Shown here: in pieces, positions 28,101-38,233 of the stretch
Position numbering within the stretch: the stretch's first letter is position 1
Layout of the letters: the number at the start of each line of letters is the position of its first letter
From: Parvibaculaceae bacterium
GTDB lineage: Bacteria; Pseudomonadota; Alphaproteobacteria; RS24; CBDDDD01
Assembly: GCA_965226465.1 (NCBI GenBank)
Contig: OZ245362.1
Span: 411,566-475,565 of the forward strand
Direction of reading: 5' to 3'
DNA: 64,000 nt
The notes under the pieces: generated by a model
Told to the model about the DNA's origin: nothing
Databases searched by the model: none
The model's input: the letters and a program-made list of their open reading frames with translations, nothing else
Made by a program: the position numbers and the translations under genes

Positions 28101-30820
28101 GCAGGATTTTAAGCTCAAAGGGTGAAAGAGGCAGAGCTATTCAGTGGAGAGGTTCAGGTTTCTTGTTTAATATTGGAACTGATGCTCTTATTTCAGGAGA
28201 TGCAGAGGCTATTTTTTTAGAGAGGGGGCGTTCCAGCAATGCCGACGACCGAGAAGTTTTCACGCTTATCAATAGTGGTAAAATTCTCTCCTCAGTAGGA
28301 TATGGTATTCGTGCGGCGGGAAACACCAATACAAGTATTCTTGTGGATAATGTCGGTGTGATTAGCGGTGCTACAAGCGGTATCTTTGTTAATATCACTA
28401 CCGCACAGCACAGCATTGTAAATGCTAAAGTGGATATTTTGAATAAAGCGGGGGGTGGCATTTATGGTGATGAGTCGGCTATTCATATCGTTTCTCTTGG
28501 AGCCGATGATACCAAAAATACTGTGGCTGAAAAATTGGTCATTACTAATGATGGCGATATATTCAGTAAGGATATTACTATTAATATAGCTGAGATTATT
28601 GGGGCGTTGGATATTACTAATGGTCCAAATGGTGCTATTGTGGCTAAGACGAATGAGCTTGACCGTGAGGCTTATGATGGAACCATTGCCATTAATATCA
28701 GCGATGCAGGCTCAGGGGGTGCGGTAGCAAATTATGCCATTACCAATATGGGGCGTATTCTTTCCAATAGCATTGCCTATCGTGCGCTCGGAATAGGGCA
28801 TTTGAACAATACTGGCTTTATCCTCGGCGATATCATCGTGGCGGGTGATGGCTCTACCCTTATCAATCGGGTTGATGCCGATAATGATTTCAAGAAGGAT
28901 TTATTCGGCAAAGTGGGCGACCGTAGCTATAGCTTCCTTAGAGACCCAAGCCAAGTCGCCTCTGGGGTGATTATCGGTAATATTTATTTCTATGATAGAA
29001 GTCTCATCACCGTGGTTGAGAACGCTGATGGTACCTTTACCACTACCGATACCAATACCGCTAAGGGGCAAACGCTTACCAATTCGGGAATTATCTATGG
29101 GAATATAGATTTTGGTAAAGGTAACGATACCTATAACCATGAAGGAAATGGACGCGTGGAGGGAACGGTTACGCTGGGTGCAGGAGAAGACACTTTGAAT
29201 GTTAATAGCGGAACAATGTATCTTAATGTTGCCCGTGACCGCCTTATCGCTGGAGACAAGTTTATATTTGATAGTTTTGATAAGATCATCGTTAATAATG
29301 GTGGCACTCTGGTCATGAATATAAATAGTGTTGGAACAGTATTTTCTATCACTACCGTGGACGTAAAAAGTGGTGGAAAGTTCTATCTCGGCAATCTTTC
29401 CATGAAGGATTTCATTATAAACACCGGTGATACGTACTTAATAGACTTTGATGGAGCAGCGCTTACCCTTCCTACGGGTGCTACGTTTGGTCTTAATTTC
29501 CGCTTTGACGACGATTTTATGCTTTGGGCACAGCTTGGAGATAATGCCCCCAAAATAAGATTGATTACCACAGCGGGTGGTTGGGACGTTGCTAGCCCCA
29601 CACTTGCAAGCCCTGTCATTATGGATATTGACTTTGAGGTGAATAATAACAATGAAGCACTCTTTGCAACCTATAAAGGGCTGGACTTCACCAATGCAGG
29701 TAGCCTGCCCGGTGCGCCTGCAGATGCCAGCAAGTTTGCTGATTATCTGCAACGTCTATTGCAAGCAGAAGAGTTGTTCAAGCTTCCTGCCGGTGAAAGC
29801 CTTATCAGCTCCCTCATTCAGGTTGATGATTTGGGCACCTATATTGCCAGGCTGGAAGAAGCATTGGGCACAGCGAATTATGACTCACTGCTCAGCGATT
29901 TAAGCGAGATTAGTGCCGTCAGCAGTTTTGTTGATGACTTCACCTCCGCCAATTGTGCCGTGCGTGATACAGCCTATCAAAGCCTTGTCGTCAGCCATGA
30001 GGAGAGCGGGTGCAGCTGGACTTCCTTTACGGAACGCTCCGTTGGTGGTAGAGATGAGCAAGCCATTACAAGCGGGAGGCAGTCGCCTCTTGGTGATAAC
30101 TGGGTCAGCATGGTTGCCGCTCAATATAAAAAAGTGGAACTTGTGGATAGCGTGGAAGGTCATGCCCGTGATAGCGAAACCTATCTCCTCGGTGCAGGGC
30201 TTCGCTCTCGTGCGCCGATTGCCAATGTTGCTGAGGTTTCTGTCAGCCTGACTATGGGACGTGGCGAGCACCGCCGCAACAGAGAATGGGCAAGTGTGCA
30301 ACAGGCTTCTATGCCTGAGATGAACTTCCAGATGGTGCGTATTGGCGCAAGCCGTAGCTTTGCATTGCCGCTCAAAGGTAGCTGGAAGATTACCCCTTCC
30401 ACAGACTATAACCTCGTGCGCGTTGATGTCAGCGATTTACAGCATGAGGCAGTAGCGGGTGATAGTATCTTTGCCATAGATGATATGGAGCATAACCGCC
30501 AAAGTGTGCGTGCCAGCCTTGAGTTGCGCGGTGAGCATGAAAGCCAAAGAGGCTCCACCATTGCCGCCTTTGCCAGAATTGGCGTTGAGCATTATATTAC
30601 TGGTCGCTCGGCTGGATATAGTATCCGCCTTGTCGGTGCCAGTGAGGGCTTCACCTATGCTGGGCGGGCGATTGATGAGAATGTGCTTACCACTTCCTTT
30701 GGTATTACCAGCAAGCGGGGCAAAACAGTTAGCTTCCGTGCCTTCTATGAAGGGAAGCAGGGCATTAACGGCATTTATGAAAACCATGAAGCCAAGATGG
30801 AACTGCTAAAACGCTTCTAA
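25154..30820 (+). CDS. Autotransporter-like protein AT6 (1888 aa)
   Basis: SD GGAGG, signal peptide almost identical to AT2, ~12 repeats, DCSTALVCKG hinge, beta domain ending LLKRF. Confidence 0.88.
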   Translation: MYKLIAIAGLFASLLFTTGEAQAQTYESCTPVDFQTYTDFASEVCSTVTPSLSGTANSISSSNSIKLTSSLDFLGGDDVIELTANSDSYQSHISIGDGVIVSFGAGNDKLDVIYAKTNLEVNAGGLIDFGADDDELIFKGALADIYGTINFGTGNDVLENFHIFTVETTGRVDFGAGDDTFYVYHHSIKPLESFIIEGVVDLGADNDRLYNEGAIVLSGAGAAKLLFGAGNDVLHNGFDVNGKGDANSVTALIHLEPGAVADAPPVMDFGAGDDIINNGFLSSTVSADGTITIGDTGHAFLLLGAGNDIINNGFYRAAQGADLEAFGKGIINIHDVLDLGAGDDVLNNEKGSEIHFKSFFHLTVSPAPSLLFGAGDDVLNNRGTITFQQHGSLIDFGTGNDRLINAESGVISITEFGFDAANNIIPYDAGTFSIINGVVENAGVISLIVGSTLVMDTYIETGTGNIKIKPDFSGAGFVNLDIKETPARITLDIDIGSSTIAAGTTSFTLFALSKYEIMKNVRLNAAGATALRLTNPQIVSLMVKQSDNTFSHQLVAQENPLALPTIGYDIATKASLDCSTALVCKGINTAISSTVFDSTTLTLTADGFAVDGGHAYFAKTAPLLTLTTAVDTKVQIHGLVYVGNVSATAVTTNAGEANEATTYPLTLGAETTYAFAEISGGGNFELTNYGAIIGSGDALISLTDLASGKIYNEGSISAAKAAIKITDATGAEVYQITNKGSIGSDGEAIIAEGGVITIDNSGGIGSSIELVANAQGGDGKHATIHIGDNATANANAVTIINRKGGRIGYRIGSLDGSTPPDSTPIYVASLSALKIYNAGDIIISKSSDAASNTAGYAIFWNGNTGSIFNTGRIIGIESAIHITGSTASATSDITIHNNGLIKSSEDTINIDNAAHKVSIFNYEDGTISGGGAGETIRVQSHAEFYLTNHGLITGGGASTILLNTNRNTSNAVAAHNSVIYNTGRILSSKGERGRAIQWRGSGFLFNIGTDALISGDAEAIFLERGRSSNADDREVFTLINSGKILSSVGYGIRAAGNTNTSILVDNVGVISGATSGIFVNITTAQHSIVNAKVDILNKAGGGIYGDESAIHIVSLGADDTKNTVAEKLVITNDGDIFSKDITINIAEIIGALDITNGPNGAIVAKTNELDREAYDGTIAINISDAGSGGAVANYAITNMGRILSNSIAYRALGIGHLNNTGFILGDIIVAGDGSTLINRVDADNDFKKDLFGKVGDRSYSFLRDPSQVASGVIIGNIYFYDRSLITVVENADGTFTTTDTNTAKGQTLTNSGIIYGNIDFGKGNDTYNHEGNGRVEGTVTLGAGEDTLNVNSGTMYLNVARDRLIAGDKFIFDSFDKIIVNNGGTLVMNINSVGTVFSITTVDVKSGGKFYLGNLSMKDFIINTGDTYLIDFDGAALTLPTGATFGLNFRFDDDFMLWAQLGDNAPKIRLITTAGGWDVASPTLASPVIMDIDFEVNNNNEALFATYKGLDFTNAGSLPGAPADASKFADYLQRLLQAEELFKLPAGESLISSLIQVDDLGTYIARLEEALGTANYDSLLSDLSEISAVSSFVDDFTSANCAVRDTAYQSLVVSHEESGCSWTSFTERSVGGRDEQAITSGRQSPLGDNWVSMVAAQYKKVELVDSVEGHARDSETYLLGAGLRSRAPIANVAEVSVSLTMGRGEHRRNREWASVQQASMPEMNFQMVRIGASRSFALPLKGSWKITPSTDYNLVRVDVSDLQHEAVAGDSIFAIDDMEHNRQSVRASLELRGEHESQRGSTIAAFARIGVEHYITGRSAGYSIRLVGASEGFTYAGRAIDENVLTTSFGITSKRGKTVSFRAFYEGKQGINGIYENHEAKMELLKRF

Positions 30821-31270
30821 TTACCTACCACGATAGGGGGGGACATCCTGCTCAGGGATAAATATATCCTGAGGCTTTTGCCCCTTTTGCCAGAATATAT
30901 CTATCGGAATACCACCGCGGGGATACCAATAGCCTCCAATCCTCAGCCAGTGAGGGGAAAGGTGCGAAACCAGCTTCTTGCCTATCGCCAAAGTCGTATC
31001 CTCATGAAAAGCACCGTGATTGCGAAAACTGCTCAAATATAATTTCAAAGACTTGCTCTCCACAAGCCAGCCATCGGGAACATAATCAATCAGAAAATAG
31101 GCAAAGTCAGCCTGCCCCGTCACCGGACATAGACAGGTGAACTCAGGAGCGGTAAAGCGTACCGCATATTGACTGTCAGAGTGCGGGTTGGCAAACCGCT
31201 CAAGCTTGGCATCATCGGGGCTTTGGGGCAGGGGGGTGGGAACACCTAATTGCTTCAGCTTATCCGCCAT
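30821..31270 (-). CDS. queF: NADPH-dependent preQ0 (7-cyano-7-deazaguanine) reductase, type I
   Basis: [14 protein letters not shown] and [18 protein letters not shown] motifs. Start taken at ATG 31270, which has a GAGGGG SD. Confidence 0.95.
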   Translation of the reverse strand: MADKLKQLGVPTPLPQSPDDAKLERFANPHSDSQYAVRFTAPEFTCLCPVTGQADFAYFLIDYVPDGWLVESKSLKLYLSSFRNHGAFHEDTTLAIGKKLVSHLSPHWLRIGGYWYPRGGIPIDIFWQKGQKPQDIFIPEQDVPPYRGR

Positions 31271-31628
31271 TTTGCTCCCCCTCATATATGCAATGCTCCT
31301 GACAGCTATCGCGGTGTAGCTCTATGCGTGAGAGGGCGGGAAGCTGTGGTGATAATTCGCTCCATAACCAGAGGGCGATATTCTCTAGGGTCGGCACCTC
31401 CAGACCCTTAATGTCGTTCAGATAATGATGGTCCAGCTTTTGCTTCACCTTATCCAATATGCTCCCAAACTGGGCAAAATCCATAACCTGCCCCGCCCCA
31501 TCCGGCATCCCGCTCAAAAACACAGAGGCGCGAAAAGAGTGCCCATGCATCCGCCGATAACTGCTATCCTCACCGCCAAGCGATAAGTGATGGGCTGCCT
31601 CAAAATGGAACTCACGCATAATCTGCAT
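31260..31628 (-). CDS. queD: 6-carboxytetrahydropterin synthase
   Basis: FEAAH, HGHSF, LDH.YLN and PTLENIA motifs; lies within the que cluster. Confidence 0.93.
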   Translation of the reverse strand: MQIMREFHFEAAHHLSLGGEDSSYRRMHGHSFRASVFLSGMPDGAGQVMDFAQFGSILDKVKQKLDHHYLNDIKGLEVPTLENIALWLWSELSPQLPALSRIELHRDSCQEHCIYEGEQNGG

Positions 31629-32287
31629 TACGGTATCCCTATGATTTTATGTATCTGCAAGCTTAGCTTCCATTGCGGGTGTGCATCGCAATAGCGCATT
31701 GCCTGCTCTATCGTTGTATGCTTATCCTGCTTTTTATCCACAGGGTCAAGGGGTTGCAGAAAAAAATAATCAAAGGGCAAATGTTCAAAATCCTCGGGCT
31801 GTATCGTCTTTTGCGGATAGACCAGCTTCAGCTCATTGCCCGTGCGCTGCTCTAATTGCGAACAGCCTTGCTTGGGGCTTACGCATATCCAATCTATGCC
31901 ATTGGGCAGTTTTTTGGTGCCGTTGGTTTCTATCGCAATTTCAAAACCGCGCGCTTTAACCGCCTTGATGAGCGGGCTATCCAGTTGTAGTGCCGGCTCG
32001 CCTCCCGTAAAGACGACATAGGGCTTGCTGTTGGTGTTCTTTGCGCCCTTTTGCCATGAGTGGCTAATCGCCTCCGCCAATGCTTCGGCAGTTGGGAAGC
32101 TACCGCCGCCATTGCCATTTGTGCCGATAAAATCCGTATCGCAAAAACTGCATATCGCTTGCTCCCTATCCTGCTCACGCCCCGACCATAAATTGCAGCC
32201 CGCAAAACGGCAGAGAACACTATTGCGCCCTGAGCGGGCGCCTTCGCCTTGTAGGGTGAAATATATTTCCTTAAGCTGATATGCCAT
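31628..32287 (-). CDS. queE: 7-carboxy-7-deazaguanine synthase (radical SAM, Cx14Cx2C type)
   Basis: TLQGEG, GCNLW...CSFCDTDF, VFTGGEP, IETNG, W.LSLQIHK motifs. Confidence 0.95.
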   Translation of the reverse strand: MAYQLKEIYFTLQGEGARSGRNSVLCRFAGCNLWSGREQDREQAICSFCDTDFIGTNGNGGGSFPTAEALAEAISHSWQKGAKNTNSKPYVVFTGGEPALQLDSPLIKAVKARGFEIAIETNGTKKLPNGIDWICVSPKQGCSQLEQRTGNELKLVYPQKTIQPEDFEHLPFDYFFLQPLDPVDKKQDKHTTIEQAMRYCDAHPQWKLSLQIHKIIGIP

Positions 32288-32978
32288 TTTTATATTCTTC
32301 TACACCTTTCTGCCTTAATATGCAGGCGGGACACGCTCCGCATCCCTTGCCCCAAGAGTGAGGGCTTTGCTCACCCCTATAGCAGGAATGGCTGTGCTCC
32401 ATTATCATCGCTACCATCTCCTTGCCGCCAAGCTGCTCGGCAAGGTGCCAGCTTTGGGCTTTGGTTATGTGCATGAGGGGTGTTTCCAGTTTTATCTTGC
32501 TTCCTAGACCCAGTGCCAAGGTTTTTTGCAATGCTTCCAGCGTCTGCTCGCGGCAGTCTGGGTAGCCAGAATAATCCGCCTCGCACATGCCGCCTACCAA
32601 AACAGAAATATCTTGCCGCCATGCCCAAGCGGCTCCATAGGTGAAAAATAACAAATTGCGCCCGGGAACAAAGCTATTGGGTAGCCCCTGCTTGCCTATC
32701 CCTATCTCCTTATCCTCGGTCAGTGATGAGCCGCCAATCTGCTCCAGTGCGGGGAGGCTTAGTTGCTTGTCCCGCCCAAGTTTTGCGCCAAATTGAGGGT
32801 AATGCTCCCTTATCAAAGCAATAATGTGCTGGCGTGCCTCCATTTCTACACCATGGCGCTGACCATAAGAAAAACCAAGCGTTTCTACCCCCTCATAGCG
32901 AGAAAGCGCCCATATCAGGCTTATCGTGGAGTCCTGTCCGCCTGAAAATAAAACCATTGCTCGCTTTTTCTTACGCAT
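32271..32978 (-). CDS. queC: 7-cyano-7-deazaguanine synthase
   Basis: SGGQDS PP-loop, YGQRH, FVPGRN, YPDCR and C-terminal CG.CP.C zinc motif. Confidence 0.96.
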   Translation of the reverse strand: MRKKKRAMVLFSGGQDSTISLIWALSRYEGVETLGFSYGQRHGVEMEARQHIIALIREHYPQFGAKLGRDKQLSLPALEQIGGSSLTEDKEIGIGKQGLPNSFVPGRNLLFFTYGAAWAWRQDISVLVGGMCEADYSGYPDCREQTLEALQKTLALGLGSKIKLETPLMHITKAQSWHLAEQLGGKEMVAMIMEHSHSCYRGEQSPHSWGKGCGACPACILRQKGVEEYKNGISA

Positions 32979-33023
32979 TTTCTTTTGCCCTTTGCTCGTT
33001 TATTCTATAGTAAAGTATCATAA

Positions 33024-34325
<1,302 letters not shown>

Positions 34326-34368
34326 AAAAAGCTTGACGGCGGGAATCGGTTTGTGATTCGCTGGAAAT

Positions 34369-34719
34369 ATGGTTCGTTTTATTCGATATACGCCTCTTAT
34401 CTTACCCCGTGCCTATGGGCGCATGCAGTTTCGTCTTAGTGGTCTTATTTTATTCATGCTTGTTGTTCTGTCGCTGACCTATCTTAGCTATCAAATTACC
34501 AGCGGTGATGCTGGACTTCGTGCCTGGCAGGATTTGCAGGCTAGCCTGGAAAACCGCCAAACCTATTTAGCTGAACTTGAAGAGCATAATATCTCTTTAG
34601 AGCGCGATATTGAAGGGCTCGGTGGAGGGGATAATCTGGACCTTGACCTGCTTGATGAGCGTGTGCGTACTGTGCTCGGTTATGCAAACAGGCATGAAAA
34701 AATTATCCTATTAGATTAA
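34369..34719 (+). CDS. ftsB: Septum formation initiator (FtsB/DivIC family)
   Basis: Single TM helix, coiled coil, DLDLLDERVR..LGY motif; typical position between eno and pdhA. Confidence 0.85.
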   Translation: MVRFIRYTPLILPRAYGRMQFRLSGLILFMLVVLSLTYLSYQITSGDAGLRAWQDLQASLENRQTYLAELEEHNISLERDIEGLGGGDNLDLDLLDERVRTVLGYANRHEKIILLD

Positions 34720-34911
34720 AAAATACAGATTCTTTACTCTTTGGGTTCTAAAGTTTCAAACTATTTATGATTTGCGCAAGATTGCGTTTTTTACTCATTT
34801 TCCTTTGTTTTTCAGAGACACAGGGCTTATGATTATGTAGGACAGGGATAGGGAAAACATTATTCCTGAGACATTTATCTGTATAGGGATATTTGTAGGA
34901 GTAAAAAAACT

Positions 34912-35889
34912 ATGGCAGAAAAGAAAACAGCAAAAGCCCCAAAATTGTTGGAGCTATATAGAAAAATGTTGCTTATTCGCCGCTTTGAAGAAAAAGCAGG
35001 ACAGCTTTATGGCATGGGACTGATTGGGGGATTTTGCCATTTATATATCGGGCAAGAAGCTGTCATTATTGGGGTGCAATCTGTTTTGAAGGAAGGGGAT
35101 CAGGTTATTACGGGCTATCGTGACCATGGACATATGCTGGCTTGTGATATGTCGGCAGGGCGGGTAATGGCAGAGTTATTAGGTCGCGCAGAGGGCTATT
35201 CCGCAGGCAAGGGCGGGTCAATGCATATGTTTAGTGTCGAAAAAAACTTTTTTGGAGGGCATGGAATTGTCGCTGCACAGGTTCCCATTGGTACAGGGCT
35301 TGCTCTTGCCAACCATTATCGGGGTAATGATAATGTATCCGTTACATATTTCGGTGATGGTGCCGCTAATCAGGGGCAGGTCTATGAAAGCTTTAATATG
35401 GCAAAGCTTTGGAACTTGCCCGTAATTTATATAATTGAAAACAATCAATATGCAATGGGAACAAGTGTAGCGCGCTCCAGCGCACAGACGAAATTATATA
35501 AGCGTGGTACCGGTTTTGATATTGAGGGAAAAGAAGTGGATGGCATGGATGTTGAGGCAGTACGCATGGCAGCAAGCGAGGCGGTAGCACATTGCCGTGC
35601 AGGAAAGGGACCTATCATATTGGAGATGAACACATATCGCTATCGCGGGCATTCTATGTCAGACCCTGCCAAATATCGTGAGCGGGAAGAGGTGGATAAA
35701 ATACGCAATGAGAAAGACCCCATTGAATCCATTAAAAACAGGCTTATTAAGTCAGGGCTTGCCAGCGAGGATGATTTGAAAGCAATGGATAAGGAAGTTC
35801 GTGCTGAGGTGATTGAGGCAACCGAATTTGCTCAAGCCTCACCTGAGCCTGATGCAGCAGAATTATATAAGGATATATTGGTGGAGTAA
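34912..35889 (+). CDS. pdhA: Pyruvate dehydrogenase E1 alpha
   Basis: [24 protein letters not shown] motif, [11 protein letters not shown]. Confidence 0.98.
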   Translation: MAEKKTAKAPKLLELYRKMLLIRRFEEKAGQLYGMGLIGGFCHLYIGQEAVIIGVQSVLKEGDQVITGYRDHGHMLACDMSAGRVMAELLGRAEGYSAGKGGSMHMFSVEKNFFGGHGIVAAQVPIGTGLALANHYRGNDNVSVTYFGDGAANQGQVYESFNMAKLWNLPVIYIIENNQYAMGTSVARSSAQTKLYKRGTGFDIEGKEVDGMDVEAVRMAASEAVAHCRAGKGPIILEMNTYRYRGHSMSDPAKYREREEVDKIRNEKDPIESIKNRLIKSGLASEDDLKAMDKEVRAEVIEATEFAQASPEPDAAELYKDILVE

Positions 35890-36941
35890 TGGCAAAGAAG
35901 ATGAAAATACCTACACAGCCCTTAGCTGTAGCGGATGAATGGTTTGTACCCGATGGAGATACGCCTATGCGCGAGATTACGGTGCGTGATGCACTATGCG
36001 AGGCAATGGCAGAAGAAATGCGCCATGATGAGCGTGTATTTGTAATGGGAGAGGAGGTTGCAGAATATCAGGGGGCCTATAAGGTAACACGTGGGCTATT
36101 GGATGAATTTGGTACCCGCCGCGTGATAGATACTCCTATCACTGAGCATGGTTTTGCCGGTGTTGGCATTGGCGCAGCTATGGCAGATTTACGCCCTATT
36201 GTAGAGTTTATGACTTTTAACTTTGCAATGCAGGCTATGGATCAGATTATAAACTCAGCCGCTAAAACACATTACATGTCCGGGGGGCAGATTACTTGCC
36301 CAATCGTGTTTCGTGGACCTAATGGTGCCGCTGCTCGGGTGGCAGCACAGCATAGTCAGGACTATGCCGCATGGTATGCGCATATTCCTGGATTGAGGGT
36401 CATTGCCCCTTATTCTGCAGATGCAGCTAAGGGATTATTAAAGGCAGCCATACGCGACCCTAATCCTGTAGTTTTTCTGGAGCATGAAATTTTATATGGG
36501 CATAGTTTTAATCTGCCCGATATAGATGATTATATTGCTCCTATTGGTAAGGCACGGATTTTGCGTGAGGGAGAGGATGTAACGTTAGTAAGCTATTCCA
36601 ATGCCATGACGCATACATTAGAGGCTGCAAATATATTGGCGGAGGAGGGCATATCCTGTGAAGTTATAGATTTATGCACATTGCGCCCTCTGGATATGGA
36701 TACAGTGATAGAATCAGTGCAAAAAACCAGCCGCTTGGTCACAGTGGAAGAGTGCTTTCCTATATGTGGCATTGGTGCCGAAATTTCTGCTAATGTGGTA
36801 GAGCATGCTTTTGATTGGCTGGATGCAGAGCCAAAGCGTGTTTCAGGAGAGGATGTGCCCATGCCCTATGCCGCAAATTTAGAAAAACTTGCTCTTGCCA
36901 GTGCCGAAAAGGTTATAAATGCTGTAAAGTCGATATTATAG
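35889..36941 (+). CDS. pdhB: Pyruvate dehydrogenase E1 beta (no N-terminal lipoyl domain)
   Basis: [40 protein letters not shown] motifs. Confidence 0.97.
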   Translation: MAKKMKIPTQPLAVADEWFVPDGDTPMREITVRDALCEAMAEEMRHDERVFVMGEEVAEYQGAYKVTRGLLDEFGTRRVIDTPITEHGFAGVGIGAAMADLRPIVEFMTFNFAMQAMDQIINSAAKTHYMSGGQITCPIVFRGPNGAAARVAAQHSQDYAAWYAHIPGLRVIAPYSADAAKGLLKAAIRDPNPVVFLEHEILYGHSFNLPDIDDYIAPIGKARILREGEDVTLVSYSNAMTHTLEAANILAEEGISCEVIDLCTLRPLDMDTVIESVQKTSRLVTVEECFPICGIGAEISANVVEHAFDWLDAEPKRVSGEDVPMPYAANLEKLALASAEKVINAVKSIL

Positions 36942-36953
36942 GGAGAGAAGAAT

Positions 36954-38222
36954 ATGCCTATATCAATTTTAATGCCTGCTTTATCCCCAACTATGGAGGA
37001 GGGCAAGCTTGCCAAATGGCTGGTGAAGGAGGGAGATAATGTTTCTTCGGGAGATATTATTGCAGAAATAGAAACTGATAAGGCAACCATGGAGTTTGAA
37101 GCTGTTGATGAGGGTGTTGTCGCAAAGATTTTAGTTGCTGAAGGCACAGAAGGGGTAAAAGTAAATAATCCGATTTGTATATTATTGGAAGATGGGGAGA
37201 GCGCCGATGACATTGGTGATGTAGAAGCTCCTCCTGTTGCAAAAAAGGAAGAAACACCCACAAAGGAAGCTCCAAAAGAAGAAAAGGAAACAAGCCCCGC
37301 CTCTAAAGCAGCTACCCCTGCGCCACCGGCTCCTAAAACCAGAGACCATATTGCAGCAAGCCCGTTAGCAAAACGTATTGCAAAAGATAAGAATATTAAT
37401 CTTGCCACTGTGCAGGGTAGCGGTCCAAGAGGGCGTATTGTCAAAGCGGATGTAGAGAATATTGGGGGAGCAAGTACAAATATTGCCATGCCCGCTCCCT
37501 CCGGTGCTGTAGATGCACGCAGTTTCTATGCACCAGATAGCTATGAGGAAGTACCACTTGATACAATGCGGGCAACAATTGCGCGGCGCCTGACGGAAGC
37601 AAAACAACAAATTCCACATTATTATCTCAGCATGGATTGCCGTTTGGATGAATTGTTAGAGGCAAGAAAGCGCATTAATGAAAAGCTGAAGGAAGGCAAA
37701 GTCAGCGTAAATGATTTCCTTATGAAGGCTACTGCGCGGGCACTTATGGACCATCCTTCCGTTAATGCAAGCTGGGCGGAAAACGCTATATTACAGCATA
37801 AGCATGCAGATATTAGTGTTGCCGTTGCTATTGAGGGCGGGCTTATTACTCCCATTATTCGTGCGGTGGAGCAAAAGGGTTTAATAGAAATCTCCCAAGA
37901 GGTTAAAGATATGGCCACTCGTGCTAGAGAGAGAAGGCTTAACCCTGATGAATATGAAGGCGGAAGTTTCAGCATTTCTAATCTTGGTATGTTTGGTATT
38001 CGTGCCTTTAGTGCCGTGATAAACCCTCCTCAGGCAGCTATTTTAGCTATAGGAGCTGGAGAAAAGCGTGCAATTGCTGATGAAGCCGGTAATCTTACTG
38101 TTGCTACAATGCTAAGCTGCACGCTCTCTGCTGACCATAGAGTAATTGATGGTGCTGCTGCAGCAGGCTTTTTACAATCGCTCAGGGAGTATATTGAGCA
38201 CCCTGCAAGCATATTACGCTAG
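36954..38222 (+). CDS. pdhC: Dihydrolipoamide acetyltransferase E2
   Basis: Lipoyl domain [11 protein letters not shown]...ETDKA, E3-binding ASPLAKR, catalytic DHRVIDG. Confidence 0.97.
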   Translation: MPISILMPALSPTMEEGKLAKWLVKEGDNVSSGDIIAEIETDKATMEFEAVDEGVVAKILVAEGTEGVKVNNPICILLEDGESADDIGDVEAPPVAKKEETPTKEAPKEEKETSPASKAATPAPPAPKTRDHIAASPLAKRIAKDKNINLATVQGSGPRGRIVKADVENIGGASTNIAMPAPSGAVDARSFYAPDSYEEVPLDTMRATIARRLTEAKQQIPHYYLSMDCRLDELLEARKRINEKLKEGKVSVNDFLMKATARALMDHPSVNASWAENAILQHKHADISVAVAIEGGLITPIIRAVEQKGLIEISQEVKDMATRARERRLNPDEYEGGSFSISNLGMFGIRAFSAVINPPQAAILAIGAGEKRAIADEAGNLTVATMLSCTLSADHRVIDGAAAAGFLQSLREYIEHPASILR

Positions 38223-38233
38223 GAGGCACATAA

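Larger units (their letters stand above)
2885..30820 (+). repeat. Six dispersed direct repeats of 945 bp (linker plus beta-barrel coding region of AT1-AT6)
   Basis: Colinear, equal-length copies from the NYD codons to the stop: 2885-3829, 8041-8985, 13201-14145, 18736-19680, 24052-24996, 29876-30820. Confidence 0.95.

Noticed and set aside
2-30820. Diversity-generating retroelement, shufflon or CRISPR explanation for the repeats
   Set aside because: No reverse transcriptase, invertase, inverted recombination sites or regularly spaced short repeats in the window, and differences between copies are not confined to adenines.
30821-32978. queCEDF as a possible 7-deazaguanine DNA-modification (dpd) system
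   Set aside because: No dpdA/tgt-like or other dpd genes nearby, and queF is present, so ordinary queuosine precursor synthesis is more likely. No preQ1 riboswitch is evident in the 78-nt upstream spacer.
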